Shown here: piece by piece, positions 37,788-51,608 of the stretch
Position numbering within the stretch: position 1 is the first letter of the stretch
Layout: each line of letters opens with the position of its first letter
NCBI RefSeq assembly: GCF_001194135.2
Contig: NC_069004.1
Location: 8,006,594-8,070,317, forward strand
DNA: 63,724 nt
Reading direction: 5' to 3'
From: Octopus bimaculoides
Taxonomy: Eukaryota
Program-made: the position numbers and the translations under genes
Notes under the pieces: generated by a model
Told to the model about the DNA's origin: nothing
What the model saw: only the letters and a program-made list of their open reading frames with translations
Databases searched by the model: none

Positions 37788-39480
37788 CACGTATGTACAC
37801 GTACACATTCAAGATATACGTTTCTAGGTAATAATAGATGCATATAAGTAATAATATATGCATATATGTAAAAGTGCATACATATATACGTGCATAAGAC
37901 AAACGTACATAACCAGGTGGTACAAATATGTATGTATAAAGTACGGTGGCTATACGACACGATCCTGTGTCCTTATACTTTCGAACAAGGGAATCTAGCA
38001 CCGCCACTAGATTCCCTTGTTCGAAAATATAAAGACACAAATCGTGTCATATAGCCAGCTGGAAACGATGTCTCCTGAGGCTAAATTACAACAACATTCG
38101 TCCTCAACCAGGACTCCCATGTTATGTTGGCAAACAATCTTTATTACAGAAATTATCAAGTATAGCAATTCTGTTCTGGAATATTGGATAACTGATATAA
38201 CAGATAGCAATGGTTAAATAAATATTATTAGAAAATTAATCATTATGTGTACAAAACTTTAATTAGTAGAAATTAATTGTTATTCTGTTAGGACTTATGT
38301 GTAAAACATTTATGTAGTCTGAGCTAGAATTTATGTATGGTGATAAAATACTTATAATTAAGTTATACGTGACGGATTTATCACCACAGATTCCTGCTAA
38401 ATAAATATTTATATTCATTACATTTTCAAGTCGAACACGTTATAAACGGATTAAATTATCTAATTGTTATAGGTAATTTTCCACTGTTATTAATTGTCAC
38501 TCGTCAGTCTTCTCAATATTCACGCCGTTATAAATTAGTGTGAAACCGTTATAAACTGGTGACCAACCGACGTGGATTCCGAATTCTACTCTAGAGAATA
38601 ATCACCAGTTATAGATATATCAGTACAATTACATAGGTTATTAAAGCTAGTGAGGGGCATATTAAGCCCAGTGGGGGTTAATCTGGTAATTATTATGGGT
38701 GTTTCTATTTAAGTAGAATTTATCTCGTTTTGTATTATTTATGGATGTTATAATAGTAAATAAATTATGGCTAGGCTAAATCCAATATTAACGGTTTTAT
38801 TGTTGATTATTTCATTATATTTATTATTGTTATTAAAATGTTTATGAATAATCTTGAATATTGAATTAATTATATTATTTTTGATTTGCATAGCACATGA
38901 AATAATTAACCAAATTTTATTGGATTTATCAGTGTTATTATTAATTATATGTTCTATTTTAGATTGAATATGCTTAGTTGAGTTAGTGTGCACATAATTT
39001 TATTGGATGCTTGATTATCATTATAATATTAATTACAAATTCATTTTTTATTTTAGGTTTATTATTTAATGTAGTATTATCTATACTATTTTGATGCTTA
39101 GTGATATTAATTTTGCTTTCAATAGTCTTATCATTATAATGAATATCTATTTCATGTTTATATATGTTCTGGTTTCTAGTTTTATGCTAATTTTTTATGG
39201 GATACATTTTTCAGTTTTTTTTTTTAATATTTAGTTATGTTCATAAATATTATGTTTACAGTATTCTATTTTATTTTTATATCCTGCTTCAAATAAGGTT
39301 ATATTGTAGTGGTGCGCATGTCTGAATAATTTCTGATTGGTTAAAGATTCCTTTATCTGTTATCATTATTTTTCATGATAATCCAAAATTTTAGATAAGT
39401 TTTATTTCAATAATTCATATCTTCAGCAATTTTACCTAAGATAAGTTAAAAGAAGAAAAATATATCTTTTGTATATATAT

Positions 39481-39553
<73 letters not shown>

Positions 39554-40715
39554 TAATGATTAATATCAGCCTCCCCTCATATATTAATTCAGTTTTACCT
39601 TTTAAACTATTTTTGATGTCTTAAGCGACTATCCCATCAGTAATACCTTTTCAGTAACACAAGAGAATTTTCAATTTTATGCACATCGCATCTTTCTTCT
39701 CCGTTAGATTTATTTAATTAGATAATAGAGGAACGCTTTCTATTTTAAGATATTTAGCCAATCAAAGAGAGTTAAAATTTACAAATGTAACTACGTATAT
39801 ATTGCTTCAGTACATGTAATTCTTTATTATATATGTATATGTACATGTAACATGTATGTGTATCAGTTTGTAAACAGATTTACGAAAAAAAGTGTTTTAC
39901 GTATAATTGTTATTGTACAAGTATGTAGTAATGTTTAAGTATACGCGTAGATATATGAATGCGTGTGTATATGTACATGTGTATATATGTAAATATAAGT
40001 TTTATTATGCGAGATTAATTTATACATACATACTCGTACCAACTGATTGTGTACGTGTGTTTTATGCGCGTATATGTGTATGTATTTTTACATATATGCA
40101 TATATTATTACCTAGAAATGTATATCTTGAATGTGTACGTGTGCATACGTGTGTATATATATGTATATGCATGTATATATGCATGTATATATGCATGTAT
40201 ATATGTTTATATATATGTATGCAGTGTGTATAAAAAAATGAAGGTTCTTTCTTACTATGATCATTTTATTTTATGTTTTATCTTTCACGTTAATTTCCTC
40301 AATTGTATAAACAAATTTTAAATCAATCCATTTATTTATTCTACCATTCATATGATACTATTATTCACTGTAATAACTCACTATCTAACTTTTATTTATT
40401 TACTAATTATTATCCTGTTTTTATCCACACTATCCATTACCTACTAATATAACCTACTATCCCCTGCCCCAGGTTTATACCAATATTAGCAATTCAATGA
40501 TATTCAGTCTGTTGAGATAATTTGGAAACATAACATCTGATAACCTAACGGTATGTCTTTCTCTACTCCTCTGGTGAGATTTTTCCCAATACAATGATTT
40601 AATTACTGGAATTTGATCTTTGAGCAAATTCGAAACAGGTGTAAGAGAATATGTTGAATTCTTGCAGTCAATAATTTATATTAATGCTACGTCTTCATTT
40701 TCTGAATCTTAATTT
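37250..40715. repeat. Pair of ~700-bp inverted repeats (37250-37940 and 40019-40715)
   Basis: Collinear reverse-complement similarity along the whole arm. For example, 37501-37543 is the exact reverse complement of 40414-40456. Confidence 0.85.
38250..39450 (-). mobile_element. Penelope-like element, decayed RT thumb to GIY-YIG region
   Basis: SLTNQKLFRHAHHYNITLFEAGYKNKIEY; KIWLIIS...IFKIIHKHFNNNNKYNEIINNKTVNIGFS; CNC; QWKI. These match PLE motifs (LSSNEEIF..A..YN.AL..SGY, IIWFNPP, FL.LIDKHF...HK..KIFNRNTVK.SYSC, CNC, WKI). Confidence 0.75.
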
Positions 40716-41599
40716 ATACATACATACATACATACATACATACATACATACATACATACATACATACATTTATATATATACGAAGGTTTTATTTCTGCTG
40801 TTAGTTTATTTAATGATTTGATGAAAATACTTGTTGGTTTTAGTATATTCAATCGTTTTATTTTTAAAGACTTAGTGTCTGATTGTTATTTGAAAAGATA
40901 GTATTTCTCAATAAGCAAACCAATATTTGTTGATTTAAATACGAAATGAGAGGCTTCTATGATTTTACTTTGAGAAATAGTGTCATCAATTAATATCAAA
41001 TATACAGAGAACAAATTTTTTTAAATGATTCTTTTCCCCCCAAAATGAGGCATTTCTGTACAGCAAAAACGGTAGCTAACCAGAGAAAAAGTAAGGTCAT
41101 TTTTCAGATTCAGCGCCCTCAAATTAGCTAAAAAAAAAAAAGATGATTGGTGTCTCGACACCATTTCAATTTTTTTTTTTTTGTCGACCAGTATAATACA
41201 TATAATATATATATATATTACATATATATTATATATGTATATATAGGCGCAGGAATGGTTGTGTGCTAAGTAACTTGCTTACCAAGTGACTCACTTCCGC
41301 TTCCGTTTTGTGGATTGCTTCCGTTTTTGCGTTTGCTGTACACATGGCCACAGTCTTATGACTGAAACAAGTAAAATCGTAAAAGAGTATAATTTATATA
41401 TGTGGGGCATGCATAATTTTGTATAATGTGCCAGTCAGCATGTCTGAATTTTGACGCTTGACATGCTAGAAATACCAGCTACTTTCACTTCATATCATAC
41501 ACTATCTGGGCTAAGCAAAGACAATAATATCAGCTATATTACGTTCGAGCTAACAACAATGTCCCTATCCTTGTATTCTACCAGTTAGAAGTTGCAGCT

Positions 41600-41720
41600 T
41601 TATCTCTAAAGAGAACATGTTTCTAAATTGTATCGCGTATACATTATGTCTGACAATGATCTTCTTCTTGTTGCAATCCATCCAGAGGTGACTGCACATG
41701 TGATTATGCAATTTTCATCA
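41600..41720 (-). mobile_element. Possible RTE LINE apurinic-endonuclease remnant
   Basis: WIATRRRSLSDIMYTR resembles RTE/BovB YVITRRRDLSDVL.TR. The upstream GFGF...NDR may belong to it or to an exon (see findings). Confidence 0.4.
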
Positions 41721-42839
41721 TGGTCTCTATGCTTGTTTATAGGTGCGGACTACCTGTGTGGTGATCATCGCAGTTAATGATTCTTACCGGTCATTTGACA
41801 TTTGGCAGCATGGATCAGTTTTCGCATTCTGCATTAGTCGTTTCTTCCAAGTAAGAAACCCAAACCCGATGACTGTGAAGCTGAAACAAGGAATATGTAC
41901 AATGATCAGCTGAGATATATGCTGAAATTGCGCAAGATTACCATGGCCTAGTCTAAAGTACCGGTATAAGATCACATTAGAAAAATTAGCACATACGGTC
42001 TTTTTTAGACTGTGTGATAAGTAGCGAGAAAAGGAGATTAAAAAATCTACCCCTCAATGTAGAAGATCTATTCTTCTACAACGCTAAATATTAACTTTTC
42101 AAAAGTTACAACACTTTTACAAATAAAGAATATTTATAGAAATAGAAGAAATCTCGAACACAGGAGAGGAGTTGTATGTTTCTATGTATAGGTTAACTAA
42201 TTTATTTCTAAAATATTTTGAAGAAGTGGTAAGCAAGGAATAATAGCGCGGTGAGGAGAAAAGTTGAATTTAAGTAAAACTAATGTTATTTTACAACTGG
42301 TTATTTGACTGGAAACTACTGCTGCCGCTGCTGCTACTCCTGCTGCTACTGTTGCTGCTGCTTGTAGCTGCCTATAGAGTAAGAGAGATTGAATGATTCC
42401 CAAGAGTTCAGAGAGAAGTGAATAGTCTTCTCAAGGGGATAAAATGGACTCTAGGTTTATATTTTTCTTTATATTGGGAGATCTTTTTCCTATGAGTAAA
42501 AAGATGGAACGTGTATATAATATTTCCACATTTCCATATAATTCATGTATTAGGTATTTCAGTCATTGTGGGTAGCACCATTTTGCCCTAATGTCCTCTT
42601 TGCGCCGGAAAGTGCACGTGAAGATTATGATTCGCTACGTGTTATCAAACAGTTTTCACCATTGATGGTGACGTGTTCTAAACGTCCAGTTAGACTTAAC
42701 ATGAGCTGCTAAAAAGGTCAGAATAAGTGCGAAGCCACAAAAGAGGGGATTGGTGATAGCAACACATTTTGATTGGTATTTTCTCACTGTTTCCACAATC
42801 AGTTATTATTTCTAGTTAACCTTTTTTGTGCCAGGCGAA

Positions 42840-43801
42840 TCAGATATGTTAATACTAACTTAATAATTTATCCGTTTGGTTATCTATGTTGCTGTCTCAC
42901 TAAAAATTATTTCAAGTCAACTTGAAAATATCACCTCTGTTTATATTTTATAGGTTAACGTTCATTTTATTACTTTTCAGACAGGCGCCATCTGTAGATT
43001 TTTTTTTCTAAACCATTTGATATTCTAAAGAAACTCAAGAAATTATAAATGAGTTCAAAATTATGCTTCTACAAATTCTAATAAGTTATTATAAACATAT
43101 TATGTTCGTGTATTCATGAATATTAAATAAGCTTATAAATCATTGCAGATTTTATTTACGTGTCAGTCGAACTATCTAAATGTTTAAAGAAAGAATGAGA
43201 TGAAGTGGTTATGGTTGGATTGGTCTTGATTATAAATCTAATCGAGATTGACTTACAATCATCATGGGTAAACTGCGACACGCGGTGGTTCTGAACGGCA
43301 CGCCTAACGAAATATTGCCTTCAATTTTTTAGTAGTGCATTCTGCCTGATGAGCTAACAATATCTCATGCGGCCCGCTTCTCCATAAAGGTTGGCGTGTT
43401 TGCTCACCTTTGCCCGTGTCGCTTAGCAACGTGGATCTTCCTTCGACTCGTACAATTCTTCAATTGTTGATAAATCCACGTTAAAATAATTTGCGATGTT
43501 TTCAAAGCTTATTTGATATTCATGAATACACGCACAAAATATGTTTATAATAACTGATTTGAATTTGCAGAAGGATAATTTTGAGCGGTTTTATACTTTC
43601 TTCACTTTATTTAGAATGTCGACTAGTTTAGAGCAAAAATAATCTGCAGACAGCTACAGTGTGAAAAGTAATAAAATTAATTTTAACCTATGAAATATAA
43701 ATAAAGGCAATATTTTAAAGTTAACTAGAGATCATTTTTAGTGAGACAGTAACTTATATAATCGGACAGGTAGATTATTAAGTTAGTATTAACATATCTG
43801 A
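42840..43801. mobile_element. Foldback/MITE-like element with ~325-bp terminal inverted repeats
   Basis: 42840-43162 aligns with the reverse complement of 43477-43801. The outer 28 bp (tcagatatgttaatactaacttaataat) are perfect. The spacer is ~314 bp. Confidence 0.8.
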
Positions 43802-44481
43802 GGCAACTGACATACAAAAGCAGCCCCAATAACGAACAGAACAACATACATTAACAAGGTTGCAAAAGCAATGAAAATTTTGGAAGAAAAATACAAATAA
43901 TAAATGAGTGGAAATTGAGCCGGTGAGTGTGTTAGATAATAAACGTCTCTCCTGAAAATGTCTCAAAACCTCTTAAATGAATCTTGTATATGTAAAAATC
44001 TAGACATATACTCACATAATTGTCGTATTTTTTTCTATGTGAATTTCGAGGCTGAATTGCATTGTCTGTAAGCAAATCTCAAAATAGAATAACGTTAGTT
44101 GTTGGCATATAGAATTATTGATCCAGGGTTTCAGCTCTGGTTCTCATCATACACTTAGGGAATCTGCGACAAGTGTTTGGAAAATTGGCTAAATTCTACA
44201 ATACATATATATTGTATGTTTGTGCATGTGTGGCTGTATATATATATATATATATATATATNNNNNNNNNNNNNNNNNNNNNNNNNNNNNNNNNNNNNNN
44301 NNNNNNNNNNNNNNNNNNNNNNNNNNNNNNNNNNNNNNNNNNNNNNNNNNNNNNNNNNNNNNNNNNNNNNNNNNNNNNNNNNNNNNNNNNNNNNNNNNNN
44401 NNNNNNNNNNNNNNNNNNNNNNNNNNNNNNNNNNNNNNNNNNNNNNNNNNNNNNNNNNNNNNNNNNNNNNNNNNNNNNNNN

Positions 44482-44519
<38 letters not shown>

Positions 44520-47500
44520 TTGCATGTATATACATATACACATGCATATACATACTTATAGACATAGGATCAATAACATAACAACAGTATGCATACGTAT
44601 GTATGTACATATATGTAAAAAAAAACTAGACAAATGCATACATAGCTATTGTGTTTCCAATGCGTATGTGGATACTGACTCGCATAGTCTCTTGACAAAT
44701 TTGTTTTCCTAAGCCAATCAGCGACGAGTGAAGGTACGTGACCAACAGGTTAGGGTGTTGCACTCTTGATTGCGAAATCGTAGTTTCGATTCCCAAACCG
44801 GGTCTTTTAAGCAAAACCCGTCATTTAACATTGCTTCAGTTCATCCAGCTGTAAATGAATAAACCTACGACGTACTAGCGTTCTGCTCAGTGAAGAAATG
44901 CTGTAACCTCAGTCGCTTGCACGGTATTGTCGAGCCAATGAACAATAACTTTTCTGACCATTCCTGGTGCTAGAAATAGGATCTTGAACCCAGGAAACGG
45001 AGAACCAGAATGAATACCACACAATAAACTAGGTATCATTCTGTCAATTTCTAGCCTCCAGAGACCACAAGTGTGCAAAGAATAAATCTAATTATACATT
45101 TATGAACAGATGTTTGAATTCCGATAAATATGATCTACTTAAATATTGAGAAGTATCTGGCATTTGAGGGAAACCGTAGAAATTTTTTGATTTGAACTTC
45201 AGAGCTTTCGAGAGGTGAATTTAATATTGAAACTGATAAAAATATCTAAATATAAAATAATACTGTAAAGAAATTAATCAGCAGTATTGATAAATTAGGT
45301 ACGAGAGAGCAATAAAAAAGGAATGTTATATACGTAAGAATAGATTTTCTCCTCCCCAGCTCGTTCTGTTAAGTGAACCAACAGAAGAAAAAGAAGAAGA
45401 AGATGCCCCAATATACTTGTGATCGATACTTATTAAAGACAAGCTCTCACAAGATTCGAACTCACAATGATAGTACCGAAACAAATCTATGAAATGCTGT
45501 CTGAAGCGCTAATATCTCAACAGATTCCTTCCTTATTAACCAGAATAGCATTCATTCATTAAAAAATAAATCTGATCTCTATAAACAAATATATCTTGTT
45601 AGGTAAGTACATAATAAATATTATTCTTGCCTTACAAGAAGTCAATAAATTTTCAAAGAATCCATAGAAATGTGACGTCTTCACTTTCATTTGGTGTCCT
45701 CTGGTGGTGAACTTAGTTTTGAAAATCATAGAAAAATTAAGTAAATAAAATGGATGCATTTCTAATATCAAAGGTGACGATAAATGACACGAGAAAGTAA
45801 TGAGGATAAANNNNNNNNNNNNNNNNNNNNNNNNNNNNNNNNNNNNNNNNNNNNNNNNNNNNNNNNNNNNNNNNNNNNNNNNNNNNNNNNNNNNNNNNNN
45901 NNNNNNNNNNNNNNNNNNNNNNNNNNNNNNNNNNNNNNNNNNNNNNNNNNNNNNNNNNNNNNNNNNNNNNNNNNNNNNNNNNNNNNNNNNNNNNNNNNNN
46001 NNNNNNNNNNNNNNNNNNNNNNNNNNNNNNNNNNNNNNNNNNNNNNNNNTATATACTGAGGGTGATAAATTGAATATTAATTTAATTAACATCAATTTAC
46101 ATCTAGCGTATAAAAGATCTGAAAATTCAGAAAAATTGTATTACATGCGTATAAGAAGGGATGACCACTAAGTGGACATCCGATATGTTAGAAAGAGGTC
46201 ATCAACAACCCAACCACAAAGAAAATAATGTTCTCTAGAAAAAATTCAGCAAACACCAGAACATAAGCGGGCAAGACAAAAGAAAATATACAAAATAAAG
46301 AATTAATCGTGTACCGGTTTCCCCCCAACATTGCTTGACAACCGATGCTGGTGTGTTTAAGTCCCCGTAGCTTAGCGCCTCGGCAAAAGAGACCGATAGA
46401 ATAAGTGCTAGGCTTACAAAGAATAAGTCCTGGTGGTCGATTTGCTCGATTAAAGGCGGTGCTCCAGCATGGCCAGAGTCAAATGACTGAAACAAATAAA
46501 AGAGTAAAAGATTATAACCCGAATGACTGATTATGTCGACCAATCAAGGAATCATATTCTCCCCAGTGGGATTTTTTTCAGCCGAGTTTCTGATAATCGA
46601 ATTTTACTTCCTAGTAAACTCGAAAATACAGAGCTTTGAAAGAAATTTCAATTGCTATGATTTTACCCATATTCGTTTTTATTTTTCATATACTTGATAA
46701 CGTCTTTTAGTACAGCAACACAGTTTTATTTTTACATATTTTCTTAACATCACGCCTCACTGAGTTTAGAAATATCGATTAGATATGAAGGAGAAAAGAC
46801 GACTAAGTACTACATTTACTTTATAATCTATGGTCATTTTTGTATATGAAATTTCGCATCATTTAAGAGCCATTTTAATAAATATTTGCCGGTAAATTCT
46901 TTGTTTTTTGTTCGTTTGTTTTGTTTTCATTTAGTGTGGAGGTGGTGGTGATGCTGGGGAGAGAATATTACAAAGATGAACGTATAAAGAAAAATCAGTT
47001 ACAGTAATGAAAAATAAATTTCGGAAATTAGTTCAAAATCTAAATGTTTTTTAATCTATCGATGTTCATTAAAACTATTAACGATTTCAATGGTAAAGTG
47101 GAAACAAAAAGATGCAACAACAACAAATTTCTGTCATGAAGCCATGATATTCTATTATGGTCTATGGCCGGTCAACAGCCAAAGATATTTATAGCCAAAA
47201 TCGTCTCCGTATTTTGAATTCGCAATCCATAAGGAAAATTGACTTCTGGCAGAATCGTTAGAGCGTCAGACAGTAAGACATATAATAGTACTTCCGGTTC
47301 TTTGCGTTCTGAATTCAAATACTTCCGATGTCGAATGTATCTTTCATTATTTTAGAGTTGATAGAATAAGTACCAGTTGACTGCTGGGGTTGGTATGATA
47401 CGCATGTGACCAGAGACCACTTGTAAACTTGTATTCTCACTGTAATCCCACTGAAACGCCGAACACTCGTTGGTCGGAGTTGGTTCAACCCACCCCAGGT

Positions 47501-47611
47501 GAACAATAATTCTTAAGGCACGCTGTTAATGGCACTAGAGTGTGCAAAATAAGAAATTAATTAATCCCATACTCCAGTTGCGCTATTAATAACCAAATAA
47601 ATAAATTTGGC

Positions 47612-47683
<72 letters not shown>

Positions 47684-47954
47684 NNNNNNNNNNNNNNNNN
47701 NNNNNNNNNNNNNNNNNNNNNNNNNNNNNNNNNNNNNNNNNNNNNNNNNNNNNNNNNNNNNNNNNNNNNNNNNNNNNNNNNNNNNNNNNNNNNNNNNNNN
47801 NNNNNNNNNNNNNNNNNNNNNNNNNNNNNNNNNNNNNNNNNNNNNNNNNNNNNNNNNNNNNNNNNNNNNNNNNNNNNNNNNNNNNNNNNNNNNNNNNNNN
47901 NNNNNNNNNNNNNNNNNNNNNNNNNNNNNNNNNNNNNNNNNNNTGTGTGGAAGT

Positions 47955-48170
47955 TAAGGCGGCGAGCTAGCAGAAATGTTAGCACGCCGGGCGAAATGCT
48001 TGTATTTCGTCTGCCGTTACATTCTGAGTTCAGATTCCGCCTTTCATCCTTTCGGGGTCGATAAATTAAGTACCAGTTACGCACTGGGGTCGATGTAATC
48101 GACTTAATCTCCTTGTCTGTCTTTGTTTGTCCCCTCTATGTTTAGCCCCTTGTGGCCAATAAAGAAATAA
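47955..48170 (+). mobile_element. SINE family A, near full length with tail
   Basis: Head aaggcggcgagctagcagaa through tail cccttgtggccaataaagaaataagaa. The tail is nearly identical to 59106-59225. Confidence 0.85.
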
Positions 48171-48717
48171 GAAAGTATAAAAATAATAAAAAGAAAAATA
48201 TACAGTACTGAACTGATTGTGCTTCGCGGATTTTCACCTATCGCGGGGGGTAGAAATGAGTTGCAACGTCACTGGTGCCAAGCTGTATCGGCTTTTGCCT
48301 TTCCCTTGGATCACATCGGTGGTATGGAGAGTGGTATGTATGGGCGACTGCTGGTCTTCCATAAAAACAACCCTAGGTAGTACGTTTGTAGGTGCGTTTC
48401 TTGCTGAACAATTCCCACAGATTTGTTTATAGTGATCAAATGTTTGTGTTCACGTAAGCTCACTCCCTCCATCAAATGGACCATAACTGTACACGTGCAC
48501 GACATGCAACATGTCGGATGACGAAATGATCACACAGCAAGGTGAAATGGAGCGTTTTTCTCGCGAATACCACACCACGCAACACCCGGTGTGGGAGTCG
48601 AAACCACGACCTCGCAATCGTGGGGGCAATACGCGTCATACGACGAATAACTTTGAAAGTATACTTCTGCAAAAATGGGTAACATCAGGAAGTATGGCAA
48701 ACATACAATATGCAGAC

Positions 48718-48770
<53 letters not shown>

Positions 48771-49491
48771 NNNNNNNNNNNNNNNNNNNNNNNNNNNNNN
48801 NNNNNNNNNNNNNNNNNNNNNNNNNNNNNNNNNNNNNNNNNNNNNNNNNNNNNNNNNNNNNNNNNNNNNNNNNNNNNNNNNNNNNNNNNNNNNNNNNNNN
48901 NNNNNNAGAGAGAGAAATTAAAGATAAAGGTTTCGATATTGTGTTTAGCACTTATTTTCTTAAACCTAATTTTTAACTTTATATACATACATATATATAT
49001 ATATATATATATGGTGGTTGTCTACTCCTTAAACAGAGTTTGACCACCTCCTGCACCTACACCTTAGCCCTTTCATGGCGTCTGATGTGGCTTTTTAAAC
49101 CAGACAGTGTTTTGAAAAAACACCCACACAGATTGCACCTCTGATTTGCACTACCAATACCTGCAAGTAAGTTCTGCTCATTGTGGATCCTATATATATA
49201 CAACTGCTAAGGACACCGCAATTCGTTTTGCAACCATGATATACTATCAAGTACATCAAAACATCAAAGATCTTTAAGTCTATAAGGTATCCTATAGTTT
49301 GTGTTTGTAGTGCAATAGATCACTTTCAGATTATCTCTACAGATTTTCTATACGATTTAGAATTAACGCTCAGAGCCATGACGTCTTATTGCACACATTG
49401 GCGTAATTGTATACGAAACGTAATAGTTTTCAGTACTGACACTAAACTCTATNNNNNNNNNNNNNNNNNNNNNNNNNNNNNNNNNNNNNNN

Positions 49492-49538
<47 letters not shown>

Positions 49539-51576
49539 ATATATAAATTTACATATGTATGTACATGTATATCTATATATTATATAGACATGTATATAAA
49601 ATATGAATGTCTTGAGAGGGATACTTTTGTGTTTGAATAAAAGTAACAAAAGTAAAGTTTGAAGGAAAAATTAACTATTTTTCATACTTTCTTGGAGTAA
49701 GCAAAAGGATAAAATCATGTTGTACCGTGTGATTTAATCTCTCTCTAGAAGAAAACGGTTGCAGTCAAACCCGTGGAAGTGGAGCGGGGGGAGGGGGATC
49801 AACTATATTTAGATATCTTAGATGTATCATATGTCACAACTGTGGTCCAACCTCCACCCCCACCTCACAATTCCATCAAGCATCGAGATTTGAAAGAAGG
49901 AAGAAATATTTCCATCGACACATAAGATGCAACGACGAAGTTCTGATAGAGTTGATTATCTAATTTACATTTGATCAATCTGTATGTTGATTAATAATTA
50001 TAGATTTGCATATTGAACTATACACATTATGATTAAACAAATCAATATCTAGGAAGATTTAATTATAAATAATCATTGACCACATAAGTTTATTCCACTA
50101 AAATTTATCACGAAAATTTTAACTCAGTTAAATGCTACTCTTGGTATTTACGTTTGGTGATGTAGTTTAATTGGTATTTACTTCTGAGTTTCTCATTTAC
50201 GAGTGCTGCAAACTGGCAAAATCGTTCGCACATGGGACAAAATGCTTAGCGGTATTTCTACAAGCACTTTACCTACTGAGTTCAAATCCCACTGAGGTCG
50301 ACTTCGCCTTTCCTCCCTTCGGGATCATTAGAACAAAGTACCAGTTTAGTACAAGGGTCGATGCAATCGTCTAAGCCCCTCCCCTAAAAAATCCAGGCCT
50401 TTTTTCTATAGTAGAAAGAATTGGCGGAATAGTTAGCACGTAGGACAAAATGCTGAGCGGATCGTAGTGCTCTGAGTTCAAATGCCACCGAAGTTAATTT
50501 TCATTTTCATTTTTCTCGGAGCCAATAAAATAAAGTAGAAGTCAAAGCTATTCGTCGCTATAAATGGTACATGCTTATTAATACTGCACTGTGCGAGGTT
50601 TCAGTAAACCAGTCTGCTGACCGCAGGAACTTGAAGTTCCTGCTCGTAAATTAATCCGGATTATAAAGGTTCCGGAGAATCAGTATCCAGAGTGTTTGTG
50701 TTGTACTTGTACAATCGTTGCCGACTATGCCACACGAGTGAGCGCTGAAAAGTACCTGGCTTTGAGGGTGTCGTGAAAGGCCTAGTGGGAGACCCACCGT
50801 TCCGAGTTCTTTTAGAGAGCTTAGAAAAAACTGAAGGACTGGTGCAATAAGTGTGTGAATCCGAGAGGAAGGACATGTTGCATAAAATCATAAATAACTG
50901 ATCCTCCTGTATTTTCTTTTATCCAAAGCCAAGAACTTTTCAGCACCCACCTCTTAGTTCAATAATAATCTTTATGAAAGCACATGCTCTCTCCCATTCA
51001 CGTTCAAATTGTTCTGTGTTCTAAATAACAGTCCATTATCATAGTAAGTATTAGTTTTGAGAAAATCACAAGGTCTGAATAGCTTTTTTTCTTTATAGAA
51101 CTTACAGCTAATCATTAGCACGTGAGTGTTTGTGTGTATGTGTGTACCTGTATGCGTATTTGTATGTGTGTATTCAGAGACCGGGAGAAAGAGACAGAAG
51201 GAAAAAAAAAGCAAGGATGAGTCAATACGTTGCAAGAACAAAATCTAATGCTATTATTTATATTTTTGCGAAAATAAAATTGGTATATCTCTTCTAGATA
51301 TAATAACAGGTTTGAGTTATGGTATAGCAATTTCAGATCTTTTGGAAATAGACTGCACTAGCTGAGTATAATTAAGGCAGAAGTCGGTAGAGTGACGAAC
51401 AGTAACACCTTGTGTTGTTAAGTAATGTCCCTTGGTAATTTTTCTTCAAATCTTGATAGAAGTACACATTATCGTTCAGCCTTCAGATGTCGGAAGAATA
51501 GAGTTAGATTATATATAACATATTGTATTCTCAACCGAAACTTTGTAGTTATATATATATATATATATATATATAT

Positions 51577-51608
<32 letters not shown>

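Noticed and set aside
38640-39300. T-rich hydrophobic plus-strand frame suggesting nad2/nad6 or a receptor
   Set aside because: The opposite strand matches Penelope RT/GIY-YIG motifs much better.
40238-40530. Faint COX2-like words (YYDHFIL, SVEIIW) in the long inverted arms
   Set aside because: Spacing and downstream motifs do not fit cox2, unlike the real relic at 11-12.6 kb.
41743-41850. Plus-strand 108-nt open segment with ag/gt boundaries
   Set aside because: It is antisense to a possible RTE relic and to a better minus-strand candidate, and the peptide is unrecognisable.
45360-45492. Strong plus-strand acceptor followed by a C2H2-like YTCD...KIRTH string
   Set aside because: The frame from the acceptor stops after 20 codons. 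The zinc-finger-like words are in another frame, lack the second Cys and overlap a tRNA-like SINE box.
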